A stretch of DNA of 64,000 nucleotides from Octopus sinensis (GCF_006345805.1 NC_043020.1:17794001-17858000); one strand, 5' to 3'; shown: positions 36,901 through 49,588, counted from the stretch's first letter. Numbers and translations: made by a program. The notes: generated from the sequence alone by a model not told the origin.

Positions 36901-37994
36901 CTGAAATTTCAGTCACAAGATATTGCATGATTAATTCAAAACAATGTGAATAGACACAGGAATGGCTGTGTGGTAAGTAGCTTGCTTACCAACCACATAG
37001 TTCCGAGTTCAGTCCCACTATATGGAACATGAGAGCAAGTGTCTTCTACTATAGCTTCGGGCCAACCAAAGCCTTGTGAGTGGATTTGGTAGACAGAAAC
37101 TGAAAGAAGCCCATCTATTTGTATGTGTGCGTATATATTTGTGTGTCTGTGTTTGTCCCCCAACATCGCTTGACAACCGATGCTGGTGTGTTTACGTCCC
37201 CGTCACTTAGCGATTTGGCAAAAGAGACCGATAGAATAAGTACTAGGCTTACAAAGAATAAGTCCTGGGGTCAATTTCTTCGACTAAAGGCGGTGCTCCA
37301 GCATGGCCGCTGTCAAATGACTGAAACAAGTAAAAGAATAACAGAGACAAGCATGGCATTCGACAAAGTAATCTCAATATGTGGAAGCAGTGGTTCTTAA
37401 CCTTTTTACTGCCATGCCTTCCCTAGGAAGTTGCCCTTCTCTCCACCCCACACCACTCCCTTGCATCTATTAATAAAATTCCCTCCCAGATTTTAAATAA
37501 AATCTAAAATGTTTTCAGTCTTTTTATTGAATATGGATTAGTCACATTATGCAAGATATACTTTTTACTCTTTACTTCTTTATGCATTTCAGTTATTTGT
37601 ACGAAAAAAATTTTAAACCTTTTCTTTACAAAAGAAAAGATTTTGCATAGTTTTTAGTTTTACCTAGTGCTTTCTGTAATATTTAAATCTGAATTTTAGT
37701 TTAACATTTGGTTTTATATTATAATTTTTTTCCTTAGAAAAAATTTACTATTTTTTAACATAAACATTTAATATAAAAAATTTGGGCTTTATTGTTAAAG
37801 TCTTATTTTTCCAATCTGTTTTAATTTTTTTGAGACTTTTTTTTATTAAATTGAGCAATAGTAGAACCTATTACATACTTTTTTTGTTTTATTTCCTATT
37901 TTTAAATATATCATACATTTCATCTTCCTAAAATTTAAAAATTGCTTTCAATTTTTAAAATTAAGTTAATATTTCTTAGTATGTTACTATAATA

Positions 37995-38405
37995 GGCGCA
38001 GGAGTGGCTGTGTGGTAAGTAGCTTGTTTACCAACCACATGGTTCTGGGTTCAGTCCCACTGCGTGGCACCTTGGGCAAGTGTCTTCTACTATAGCCTCG
38101 GGCTGACCAAAGCCTTGTGAGTGGATTTGGTAGACGGAAACTGAAAGAAGCCCGTCGTATATATGTATATATATATATATATGTGTGTGTGTTTGTGTGT
38201 CTGTGTTTGTCCCCCTAGCATTGCTTGACAACCGATGCTGGTGTGTTTACGTCCCCGTTACTTAGCGGTTCGGCAAAAGAGACCGATAGAATAAGTACTG
38301 GGCTTACAAAGAATAAGTCCCGGGATCGATTTGCTCGACTAAAGGCGGTGCTCCAGCATGGCCGCAGTCAAATGACTGAAACAAGTAAAAGAGTAAGAGT
38401 AGAGT
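37995..38405 (+). mobile_element. tRNA-derived SINE family A, young full-length copy
   Basis: GGCGCAGGAGTGGCTGTGTGGTAAG head to (AGAGT)n tail, with CpGs retained. Similar + copies at 36955 and 41158. Confidence 0.88.
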
Positions 38406-38551
38406 AATGATTTGATCATGTTTCAGCACGTTTCTTGACTTTTAAGAATCACCTTATTTCATGTATATGAAAACTGGATCAAACTTGTTTGTAATCTATT
38501 AACTGCAAAAGGTGTTTGTCTTTACACGATAATAATATCTAAGCTTTATAC

Positions 38552-38900
38552 CAGGGGTTCTTAACCTGAGTCTTGTTGTAATGAAAAAAAATTACAAAAT
38601 AAAGGCAAATATTAAAGCTACAATTCAGAATTAGTGAGGGTTTTGAGGTATGTGATGTGGGTGGGGGAACAATAAGTACAGAAAATGGTAAGTGGTGCTA
38701 AGATAGAATAAAAAAACTAAAGGTATGAGGCAATATTTATGCATTTTTTCATAAACTTCTCATTATTTGACCATGCTCTCATCTAGAGAATAACAAATAT
38801 GATTAGAGAGATTCTTGCATTTTATCAAGGGCTTGCACCCCCCCCCACCCCGGAAATTAATGACACGCCTATTCCCCACCTTTCAGGTTAAGAACCACTG
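38552..38900. mobile_element. hAT-like MITE (possibly extending left to the TIR at 37388)
   Basis: CAGGGGTTCTTAACCTG and CAGGTTAAGAACCACTG form a 17-bp inverted pair with one mismatch. A third end, CAGTGGTTCTTAACC, is at 37388. No clean 8-bp TSD. Confidence 0.45.
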
Positions 38901-39335
38901 TGCTAAAGTGTAAAGAATTATCTAGTTGTTTTATATTAATTTGCTTGGTTTGTATATTTGAGTTTGTTTTTTTTTCGTTTCATCGTTTAACGTCCGTTCT
39001 CCATGCTAGCATGGGTTGGATGGCTCGACCGGGGTCTGGGAAGCCAGGAGGCTGCACCAGGCTCCAGCCTGATCTGGCAGTGTTTCTACAGCTGGATGCC
39101 CTTCCTAACGCCAACCACTCCATGAGTGTAGTGGGTGCTTTTTACATGCCACCAGCACAGTTGCCAGGGGAGGCTGGTAATGGTCACGATCGGTTGGTGG
39201 TTTTTACGTGCAACCGACACGGAAGCCAGTCAAGGCGGCGCTGGCATCAGCCACATACAGATGGTGCTTTTAAGGTGCCAGGGTAGGCTAGCAACAGCCA
39301 CGATCGGTTGGTGCTTTTTACATGCCACCAGCACG

Positions 39336-40890
39336 GAAAAGTTCATAGGCTGACATTAAAAGAGTGACACTAGAGCTGTGAATCTTGCGTGCATTAATTT
39401 CAACACTTTTTATTAATAACTGCATTGTTGCTTTTCGGGTAAACTGACACCTGACTGTCCAAAGAAGACTTCAAAAGTAACTAGTAGTGACTTTTCTTGA
39501 AAATGGACAAAATTTGACATTGTGATGTTGTCAAGTGCCTGCAGAAAAAGGGTTTAGCCCCCAATGACATTCATACTGACATGGTTGCTACATTAGGGGA
39601 TGATGCTCCAGCTTTATCAACAGTGCAGAAGTAGGCAACAGGATTTAAAAGACAAAGGGAGAGTTTTGAAAATGACCCATGGTTTGGGTGTCCTGCATCT
39701 GCCACCACAGAAGGAAACATTGATTGTGTTCTCCACATGGTGATGGATGACAAGCAACTATAAATCAGATAACCAAGGCTATTAGTACATCTCAGAGTTG
39801 AGAATATTCTGCACAATGAACTTGGCATGACTAAAGTGGCTGCTCAGTGAGTGTCGCGTCTTCTGACACCTGGTCACATCATGGGAAAATCTGACACAGT
39901 TTGAGGCAGATCCAGCTGGTATCCTTGAATATTTCCTATGCCAGGATGAGTGTTGGGTGCATCACTTTGAGCCAGCGACAAAGAGACAATCCATTCAGTG
40001 GAAACATCCCTCCTCACCTGCTCCAAAGAAAATCGAGGTTGTTTCATTTACTGGGAAAGTGATGGCCTCAGTTTTTTGGCACGCAAAAGGAAATGTGTTT
40101 ATTAACTATTTTCAAAAGGACCACATTATCAATGGGGAGTACTATGCCAGCTTGCTGAAGCAGCTACGAAAGGCTATCAAGACCAAAATGTTTGGGGAAA
40201 ACTTATGAAAGGGGTCTTATTTCATCAACACAATGTTCCAGCATACAAATCCTTGGTTTCAATGGCTGCTGTGCATGACTGTGGCTTTTAGACTGGTTGA
40301 TCACTCTCCTTATTCTCCAGGTTTTGTCCCATCTGTCTATCATCTGTTCTCCAACATGAGAAAACCCTTGGCTAGAGACCAGTACTACAGTGGTGATGAC
40401 GTCGTATTTGCTGTTGATGACTTTATTGACCAACAAGATGAAAGCTTTTTCACCAATGGGATCTAAACGTTGCAACACTGATGGGAAGAAAGGCTGAAGA
40501 CGCTCGACCTTTATTCTCTAGAAAAACGACGATGCCGTGGTGATCTCATTCTTGCTCACAACATCACAAGCGGAAAGTGTAACCTCTCGAAAGAGCTGTT
40601 CTTCACTCCTGCTCCAGAGTGTCGGCTGCGGGGTCACACCGAAAAGCTCTATCTGCGACGATTTCATCTCAGTCGAAGGAGAGGGGCTTTTTCCGTCCTG
40701 GTTGCGGATCCGTGGAATAAGCTGCCGGACGAGATGGTGAAGATGCCGACGACCGCTCGGTTCAAAGTCTCTCTTGACCAGAAATGGCCTGAACTAACTT
40801 AACTTAAGAGTGTGTGGACTGCAAAGGGGGCTGTTTTGAAAATTAAACTTCATTTGGTCACATTCCACGAGAGAAGCCTATGAACTTTTC
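39336..40890 (+). mobile_element. Degenerate mariner transposon, interrupted by a CR1 insertion
   Basis: Perfect 16-bp inverted ends GAAAAGTTCATAGGCT / AGCCTATGAACTTTTC. Broken transposase frames: MDKI...LGDDAPALSTVQK, HHFEPATKRQSIQWKH, GKVMASVFW, HSPYSPGFVPS. Confidence 0.88.
40490..40805 (+). mobile_element. 5'-truncated CR1-clade LINE inserted in the mariner
   Basis: Stop-free frame 40488-40802: ERLKTLDLYSLEKRRCRGDLI...RGHTEKL...PWNKLPDEMV...FKVSLDQKW. (AACTT)n tail and candidate AAGA TSD. Confidence 0.88.
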
Positions 40891-42314
40891 AGCTGACTTT
40901 GTGTGTGTGTGTGTGTGTCAGCATCATCACTTGTCATTTTACATCCATCTTACATGTTGCAGTGAGTTGGATAATTTGACATGGATCCAATGACTCAGAG
41001 GGCTCTGTCATGCTCCAGTGTCTCAGTTTTGGCATGGTTCTGTGGTTGGGTGTCTCCCCCCCCCATGGCACCTGGCTGTAAAATCCTACCTCAAATATAT
41101 CCTTATCGAATCCATGCTAGCTTGGCAAAATGGATGTTAAACAAACATGAATGATAGATGCAGGTGTAGCTGTGTGGTAAGAAGTTTGCTTCCTAACCAC
41201 ATTGTTCTGGGTTCAGTCCCATCATGTGGCACATGGGCAAGTGTCTTCTGCTGTAGCATCAGGCCAGCCAAAGCCTTGTGAGTGGATTTGGTAAACGGAA
41301 ACTAAATGAAGCCCATTGTGTGTTTGTGTTGTGTTTGTCTCTCTGTCCCTCACTACTGCTTGACAACCAATGTTGGTTTATTTGCATCCCCATAACCTTG
41401 TGGTTTGGCAAAAGAGACCAATAGAAGAAATACCAGGCTTTAAAAAATAAGGAATTGGATCAATTTGTTTGACTAAACCCTTTGAGATGGTGCCACAACA
41501 TGACCACAGCCCAATAACTGAAACAAGTGAAAGATACAGGTATGGCTGTGTGGTAGAAGCTAGCTTCCTAACCACATGGTTCTGGTTCAGTCCCATTGTA
41601 TGGCCATGCAAAAAACAAAAAAACATGTACATATAAAACCACATATACATTATGTATTTTACTTATTTAAAATTGTTTTCAAATGTTCGAATGGTTCCTA
41701 TTATAAATAAAATGGAATTTCAAGATAATCCTATGCACTATACGAAGTGCTGTATCAACTGTAAAATTTCTAATTCCAAATGTTTTATTACACTATACAA
41801 CTTTCTTTCTTTATCTTTCATCAATAAGTGCTATTTCTTATTTACTTCTATCCAGAAATCAAAGGAAATGAGTACTATTCCCTTCTTCAAACTTTGCTTT
41901 TGTCACCTGGACATCAATATTTTGAAGCTGACCTATTTTCCATTACATTTCAGACAGATTCAGTGCTGAGTTGCTGAAGCAGAAATATCATTATATCCAT
42001 TAAAGCAAATATTCTGCTCAATACCACACATTTGCTTGTCAGGTGCTTGACCTTAACCACTTAAACATGTCCCTTAGTGGCTGACAATATGTGTGTCTCT
42101 GATCACAAGCAGGAGTAGTAGGGAAGTAACATAGCCATGTGTTGCGAGGGATTCTTTGGGGTTTGAATAAATGTAACAGAGGCAAAGTTTGATGGAAATA
42201 TTAACTATTTTTCATGCTTTCTGGGAGTTAACAGATAGGAAACAAAAGTTGCTACCCAACAACAAAAATCGTGTTAGAATTTATAATTATTAATGCTTTC
42301 ATCTTTCTCCGCAG

Positions 42315-42487
42315 TGTGCAGTAAACTTTTACTTTGAAAAAAATGGAGGTGAGGAAACAAGTCAGGACAGTACCAGTGATAGTAAAGAAACGACCAAAAA
42401 TACACCAAGACGCTCTCAAGAAAATAACGAAATTAATTCTTCTAAAAAGAAAAAGCCACGACTTTCATTAGAGCCTCAAGGTTTGCT
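42315..42487 (+). CDS. TDP2: TDP2 exon 2 (end of UBA-like domain and linker)
   Basis: Acceptor TTTCTCCGCAG| then CAVNFYFEKNGGEETSQDS...SKKKKPRLSLEPQGL (human RALNSYFE). Donor CT|GTAAGT at 42488 is phase 2, matching exon 3. Confidence 0.85.
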
Positions 42488-42601
42488 GTAAGTGTTAACA
42501 ATTTGAATAACTTGCTGTTGAAAAGAAATTCCATTTCGTTTTCATTTTCATCATGACCTGTACATACAAAACCACATACATTTAGTATTTTGCTTATTTA
42601 A

Positions 42602-42820
42602 CTCTTTAGTGTTCAGGTTATTCTATCAAACATAATGCCTATTGATTCCCATTGATTTGAATTAATCATGCATTATCTCATATCTTCAAGATCTTGATGG
42701 TGTAATTACTTAATGTAGAATAACATTGTAGGGTAGGTGTGAGAGCCTGGATCTGGTCAGTTTGAACATAAAACAGATTAACTATTTTGGCCGGATATGG
42801 CCGGTTTAAATACTAAAGGG
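42602..42820. mobile_element. piggyBac-type MITE with a nearby empty site
   Basis: TTAA|CTCTTTAGT ... ACTAAAGGG|TTAA. The paralogous flank at 41626-41732 has a single TTAA at 41667. A partial family member lies on the minus strand at about 58965-59047. Confidence 0.88.
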
Positions 42821-43009
42821 TTAAACATGTTTTCAAATGTTCAAATGGTTCCTATTGTAAATAAAATGGAATTTCAAGATAATCCTGGTTTCTTGTTCGC
42901 AATACACCCACCCTCTCATGCTTTCAATGTTAGCATTAGTTGAACAATTTGACATGGGGCTGGCTGGCTTCACATCTTGCCCTGCTATTTGACACCATCA
43001 TATCATGAC

Positions 43010-44266
43010 GCAAAATGAAACTGACCTGTTCACTGACAAAACTTCAAGTATGGAAAAAAGGTCTAGAATCAAAGGGCCTTAGGGATAACCTAGCAAAAAC
43101 TAAAGTCTTAGTAAGTAGGAAGGAAGACAAACCACAAATTCTTTCAGGTAGATGCCCCTGCTCAATCTGTAGAAAAGGTGTAGGTAGAATCTCCATAAGA
43201 TTCACCCAGTGTTAGCTTTGGACACATAAAAGGTGCAGCAACATTAGAGGAAGGTTAACAGGGAAACTAGCTTTTGTATGTGGAAGATGCACAGGTGCAA
43301 TAAATGCTGAAAATGTGCAGAAAGTAGACTCCATCAACTGTCAGGGGTGCAAGCTAGAGGTAGTAGATGGCTTGTGTTATCTAGGTGACCAAGTTAGTAG
43401 TGGAGGGGGATGCTCCAAGAGCATAGCTATGGGAATAAGATTATAAGATTAGGCTGGGCAAAGTTCAGAGAGCTCCTACCCCTGCTGGCAACAAAGAGCC
43501 CCTCCCCCCCTCTCTCTCGCTCTTTCTCACAGAGTGAAAGTTAGATTGTTTGATGCCTGTGTGTGATCAGCTGTGCTGCATGGCAGTCAAACATGGGCTG
43601 TGACAGCCGAGGACATGTATAGGCTTGAAAGAAATGAAGCCTGTATGCTTTGCTGGATGTGCAATGTCAGTGTGCATGTTAGACAGAGTGTAGGCATCTT
43701 GAGAAAAAAGTTAGGTATAAGAGGAATCATGTGGTGCGCAAGAGAGATGACTGTGCTGTGGATGGGGACAGCTGCGTAAAGGTGTGCCAATCTCTACCTG
43801 TGGAGGGAACCTGTGGTAGAGGTAGACTCAGGAAGGTGGGGGACAAGGTGGTGAAGCATGATCTGAGCCTCACAGAGGTAATGACTGGTGAGAGACCTTT
43901 GGTGATGTGCTGTGCTCGAGAAGACCCATCAAGCCATGTACACCCGTGCTGGTAGCACGTAAAGAACGTCCTTTGAATGTTGGGTCTCATGGAGACAATG
44001 ACTGAGACCTTTGGCATTATGTCAGGCTTGAGAAAACCCATCATGGCAGTTGTGGCAGATACTGGTGTCATGCAAATGGCACTCATGCTGGTGTTACATA
44101 AAAGCACCCATTACACTTTTGGAGTGGTTGGCGTTAGGAAGGGCATCTCGCCATAGAAAACCATGCCATGTCAGACTAGAGTCTGCTGCAGCCTTCCAGC
44201 GTGCCAGCCCAGTCAAATCTATGACAGCATGGACAACGGACATTAGATGATGATGATGATGATGAT
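43010..44266 (+). mobile_element. RTE-clade LINE, 3' portion (degenerate ORF plus 3' UTR and (GAT)n tail)
   Basis: LESKGLRDNLAKTKVLV, CSICRKGVG, CYLGDQVSSGGGC, GWAKFRELLP and LHGSQTWAV motifs. The 3' UTR is the source of the many short (CAT/GAT)n-tailed repeats. Confidence 0.85.
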
Positions 44267-44449
44267 ATTTATACGATGTGCATCGTTCAGCCTGAGGCTA
44301 TTGTAAAAGACACTTGTCCAAAGTGCCACACAGTGGGACTGAACCCAGAACCATGTGGTTAGGACACAAGCTTCTTACCACTTAGCCATTTTGTGGTATG
44401 AAGTTCAAGTAGTAGTAGAGCACTCAGATGGTTAAGAGTAAAGATATTA

Positions 44450-44820
44450 TTCTTTTACTTGTTTCAGTCATTTCACTGCAGCCATGCTGGAGCACCGCAT
44501 TCAATCAAACAAATCAACCCCAGCATTTATTCTTTGTAAGCCTAGTACTATTCTGTTAGTCTCTTTCCTGAACTGCTAAGTTACAGGACGTAAACATGAA
44601 CATCAGTTGTCAAGTGATGGTTGAGGGTCAAACACAGACACACAAATACACACACACACACACGTGTGATGGGCTTCTTTCAGTTTCCGTCTACCAAATC
44701 CACTCAAGGCTTTGGTCAGCCCGAGGCTATAACAAGACACTTGCCCAAGGTGACATACAGTGGGACTGAACCTAGAACCATGTGGTTCGGAAGCAAGCTT
44801 CTTACCACACAGCCACTCCT
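44450..44820 (-). mobile_element. SINE family A, minus-strand copy (others at 47850, 48880, 49615, 50385 and 59110)
   Basis: Reverse complement of the 37995 element from tail (TACTTGTTTCAGTCATT) to head (CCACACAGCCACTCCTGC). Confidence 0.82.
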
Positions 44821-45237
44821 GCAAACTCCAGCTACTCAAAAAACCCTGGATAGTTGAATTTCACATGATTTTCGTGTCTTTTTTTTTTCTAATATATCTA
44901 TGTAAGCAAACTATGCATGAAGACAAAAAAGTTAGACTTCAGCATCATTGGGAAGAGAGAACTAAGTTTATCAAATGACATGGGTGTGGGAACTTAGTTT
45001 GCAATTCATTGATTGCTGCACAACATCAGCTTATGCAAGTTTGGTGCATAGTTTATTTTCCAGTAAAGTGCTAATTTGCACCAAACCTGCATATATATTT
45101 CTTTACTGTCCCTGCATATACTTGAGGCATGCAGCATTGAATTATTGACAGAAATTCAACTATAAACAGTGGCTTGCTTTATTTTTATTTGAGTTACCTC
45201 CCTTTATGCCAGTGTCAATTTGGGCATTTTTTCACAC

Positions 45238-46268
45238 TAGTGATGCATTAGATACGAATAATTACAGAGGTATCAAGTTGTTGTATCAGGTAATGAAAGT
45301 CACGGAGAGGGTCATAGCCCAACTAATTAGGGAGAGAGTTAGTTCGGATGAGATGCAGTTTGGGTTTGTGCCAGGGAAAAGCACCACTGATTGTCGTGGC
45401 CAATGACAGTACCTCCTGATTGGCACCTGTGACAGTGGCACGTAAAAAGCACATTTCAAGAGTGGTCATGGCCAGTGCCACCTGACTGGCTCCTGTGCCA
45501 GTGACACGTAAAAAGCACATTTCAAGAGTGGTCATGGCCAGTGCCACCTGACTGGCTCCTGTGCCAGTGACACGTAAAAAGCACATTTCAAGAGTGGTCA
45601 TGGCCAGTACTACCTGACTGGCTCCTGTGCCAGTGGAACGTAAAAAGCGCATTTCAAGAGTGGTCATGGCCAGTACCACCTGACTGGCTCCTGTGCCAGT
45701 GGCACGTAAAAAGCACATTTCAAGAGTGGTCATGGCCAGTACTACCTGACTGGCTCCTGTACCAGTGGCACGTAAAAAGCACATTTCAAGAGTGGTCATG
45801 GCCAGTACCGCCTGACTGGCTCCTGTGCCAGTGGCACGTAAAAAGCACATTTCAAGAGTGGTCATGGCCAGTACCACCTGACTAGCTCCTGTGCCAGTGG
45901 CACGTAAAAAGCACATTTCAAGAGTGGTCATGGCCAGTACCACCTGACTAGCTCCTGTGCCAGTGGCACGTAAAAAGCACCATTTGAGCGTAGTCAATGC
46001 CAGTGCCAGCTTCCATGCTGGTGGCACACAAAAAACACCATTGGAGTGTGGTTGTTACCAGTGCTGCCTGACTGGCTCCCATGCTGGTGACAAGTAAAAA
46101 AGCACTCACTACACTCTTGGAATGATTTGTGTTAAGAAGGGCATCCAGCTGTAGAAACTTTGCCTGATCAGGTTGGAACCTGGTGCAGCCTTCTGGCTTG
46201 CCAGCACTCAGTCAAGCCATCCAACACATGCCGACATGAAAAGTGGACGTTAAATGACGATGATAATG
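45238..46268 (+). mobile_element. Internally deleted RTE: RT fragment joined to a 3' UTR containing a 66-bp tandem array
   Basis: NNYRGIKLL...MQFGFVPGKSTTD (RT N-terminal region) runs directly into the array. CGTAAAAAGC occurs at 45441 and every 66 bp to 45969 (9 occurrences), followed by the standard 3' end. Confidence 0.85.
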
Positions 46269-46471
46269 TTGATAAACTGAGGGGTTGCACCAGGCTCCAA
46301 TCTGATTTGGCATGGTTTCTATGGCTGGATGCCCTTCCTAATGCCAACCACTCCAAGAATGTAATTTTGCTTTTACATGCCACCTGCACAGGTGCCAGTT
46401 GTGTGATGCCTGTATCTGCCATGACTATGGTTTCATTTGGCTAGATGAGTCTTCCTTCTGAATCGGCATAT

Positions 46472-46618
46472 TGCCAAAGATCTTGGTCATTTGGCATTGC
46501 CTCCGTGAGACCCAACACAATGCCAAAGATCTTGGTCATTTGGCATTGCCTCCGTGAGACCCAACACAATGCCAAAGATCTTGGTCATTTGGCATTGCCT
46601 CTGTGAGACCCAACACTC
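46472..46618. repeat. 49-bp tandem triplication within a minus-strand RTE fragment
   Basis: TGCCAAAGATCTTGGTCATTTGGCATTGCCTC at 46472, 46521 and 46570; related to the reverse complement of 43975-44020. Confidence 0.85.
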
Positions 46619-47312
46619 ATGCCACTGACTATGGCCACATTGCCTCCATCTGTTCTTGCTGCTATGGGTTGCACAGTTAAACAGGAGGTGGCCATTTAGA
46701 GACCTTCCTGGGCTTCATTTGTTTGTTTTGGCATGGTTTCTACAGCTGAATATTCTTCCAAACACCAACTACTTCACAGAGTGTACTGGGTGCTTCTCTA
46801 TGGCACCAGTATGGGTTCTTTTACCTGACACCAGCATGCATACATTTATGTGGTACCAGCACCCATGAGATGGCAAGACTAGGATCTCTTGGCTGAGAGA
46901 AGGATGTAGAGGATATGTCTGTATGCATGGGACTGCCACAATATATTTCTTAGCTTAGCATGTCTTCTCAAGCACAGTAAACTGCTTGAAGTTTTGGTCC
47001 CTTGTCATCGCTTCTGTGAAACCCCAATGTCTGAAGATCTTTTCTCACCACTTCATCCCATGTTTTCTTGAGTCTACCTCTTCTATACATTCCCTCCACA
47101 ATTAGTGATCAGCACTTCGTGATGCAGTTGTCTTGCCAACACTCTCCAGTTTCCTCTGTTGTGCTGCATGCATTCAATCAACCAGGCTCTTGTTTACACT
47201 CCATTCTTTGATGTTGAGGTGAAGTTTCATCTCTGAAGACCTACTATTCAGCTCTCCACTTTCTTATCACTGTTTCAACATTATCATAATTCTTTTTTTT
47301 TCCTCAATCCAG

Positions 47313-47429
47313 ACAAAATGCTGCAATTAGTGAAGATAAACGTATTCGTATCCTGTCTTGGAACATTGATGGTTTAGACACCAATAATCTGAAGAGGAGA
47401 ACCAAAGCTGTATGTCAAGTCATTGCCAA
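47313..47429 (+). CDS. TDP2: TDP2 exon 3 (start of EEP catalytic domain)
   Basis: Polypyrimidine tract and CAG acceptor. QNAAISEDKRIRILSWNIDGLDTNNLKRRTKAVCQVIA contains the WNIDGLD motif. Phase-2 donor AA|GTAATT. Confidence 0.93.
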
Positions 47430-49377
47430 GTAATTTTCGTTTTTTAATCATTTTTTTGATGGGTTGGCAGAACATGTTTCAGACAAGGTGGCAAGCTGGC
47501 AGAATCGTTAGCACGCCGGGCGAAATGCTTAGCGTATTTCGTCTGGCGTTACATTTTGAGTTCAAATTCCGCCAAGGTCGACTTTGCCTTTCATCCTTTC
47601 GGGGTCAATAAATTAAGTACCAGTTATGCACTGGAGTCAATGTAATCGACTTAATCCCTTTGTCTGTCCTTGTTTGTCCCTTCTATATTTAGCCCCATGT
47701 GGGCAATAAGGAAATAAGAATGTGTTTCAGATATGTTTTTCTGTGTTAAACCTTTCAATAGCCATATTTTTGTTGAAATGCTTTGCCTTTATTTCAATTA
47801 ATTTTTCAAAATAATGAATATAACGACATAACTTTATCTACTTTTTTAACTTGTTTCAGTCATTTGACTGCGGTCATGCTTGGGCTCTGCCTTGAAGAAT
47901 TTTAGTTGAACAAGTCAACCCGAGATCTTTTTTAAGCCTAGCACTTATTCTATCAGTTTCTTTTGCTGAACAGCTAAGTTACAGGGACATGAACGCACCA
48001 ACAACAGTTGTCAAGTGGTAGTGGGCGATACATACATGGATATGTGGATGTGTATATATATATTACAACAAGCTGCTTTCAGTTTCCATCTACCAAATCC
48101 ACTCACAAGGCTTTAGTCAGCCTGAGGCTATAGTTGCCCAAGGTGCCACACAGTGGGACTGAACCCAGAACCATGCGGTTGGGAAGCAAGCTTCTTACCA
48201 CACCTGTGTCTATGTCATTATGAAGCTGAAGTTAACATGAAATTTTGATGGGAGGTTATAATTTAGACCCCTTTAAGATAGGAAGTTTGTATCACAGACC
48301 CAGGGGCAGTGGCAGGGGAGTTGGTATCAAAATGGTTTACATAAATTGACGGTTTCTGTAAATAGTAAATGCTTTGTATATGAATTGATTGAATAAGATG
48401 GTTTTACACTTGGTTGTCTTAATCACCATATCTACTCTTAGGTTTTGCATTGAATACAATTCTTCAAGAGCGTGTACCTGTGTTAAACTGAACATAGTGT
48501 ACTCTTTGAATATAGAAATACTATAGGCTGTGAGATGGCAGAATCGCTAGCATGCCAGGCAAAATGCTTAGCATTTCATCTGTCTCAAGCCAAAAGGATG
48601 AAAGCAAAGGTCGGCTTTGCTTTCATCCTTTCAGGGTCAGTAAAATATATACTAGTTGGATACTGGGGTTGATATAATCAACTACTACCCTCTCCTCAGA
48701 ACTTGCTGGCCTTGTTCCAAAATAAAGGACTATACTGTTTTCTATAAGATATTTAAAGTCTTCAGAGCAAAACTAGTGAATAGTCTATGGGTCTTTTGCT
48801 GTGACAACGGTTTTTTTCTTTTTGCAAATGACCAAAAAGTCATGGCCTGGGTCTGTCTTTATTTTGATAATTCTTTTACTTGCTTCAGTCATTTGACTGT
48901 GGCCATGCTGGAGCACTGCCTTAAAGAGTTTTTAGTTGAAGAAATCAACCCCAAGACTTATTTTTTGTAAGCCTAGTACTTATTCTGTCAGTCTTTTGCT
49001 GAACCGCTAAGTTATGGGGACGTAAACACACCAACATTAGTTGTCAAGCAATGGCAGGGGAACAAACACAAATACATAGATAACACACACACAAATGTAT
49101 AGATACACACAACGGGCTTCTTTTTGTTTCCATCTACCAAATCCATTCATGAGGCTTTGATCAGCCCAAGGCTATAGTAGAAGACATTTGTCTAAGGTGT
49201 CACACAGTGGGACTGAACCTGGAATCATGTGGTTGAGAAGCAAGCTTCTTACCATACAGCCATGCTTGTATAAGGAATCTATTTGTTGATTTTTTTTATT
49301 TTATATTTTTTTTGCATAATTCATAAGATTCAGGTATTTATAATAATAATAGTGGTGGTTGCTGTCATATTTTTCAG

Positions 49378-49588
49378 TGAGAACCCACATGTCATTTTCC
49401 TACAAGAAGTTGTGCCAGAATCTCTCGTAGTTTTGAAGAAATATTGTCCTGATTACCGAGTTTCTGTTTCCAATGATGTTGGCTATTTCACTGTCACGTT
49501 ATTGAAGGATTCTGAAGTAAGAACCGAAACTGAAGAAGTCTTCCCATTCTTCTCCAGTGTCATGAGTCGATGTCTATTATTGACAGAG
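49378..49588 (+). CDS. TDP2: TDP2 exon 4
   Basis: Acceptor TTTTCAG|. ENPHVIFLQEVVPES...GYFTVTLLK...SVMSRCLLLTE includes the metal-binding LQEV. Phase-0 donor GAG|GTAAGC. Confidence 0.93.

Noticed and set aside
36718-36930. Charged 70-aa ORF as a possible extra TDP2 exon
   Set aside because: There are no splice signals, exons 1 and 2 already join in frame, and another frame shows RTE motifs.
45405-45985. CRISPR-like regular array (also 12100-12540, 34223-34500 and 46472-46618)
   Set aside because: The units are near-identical along their whole length with no unique spacers, lie inside LINE 3' UTRs in a eukaryotic intron, and no cas genes are present.
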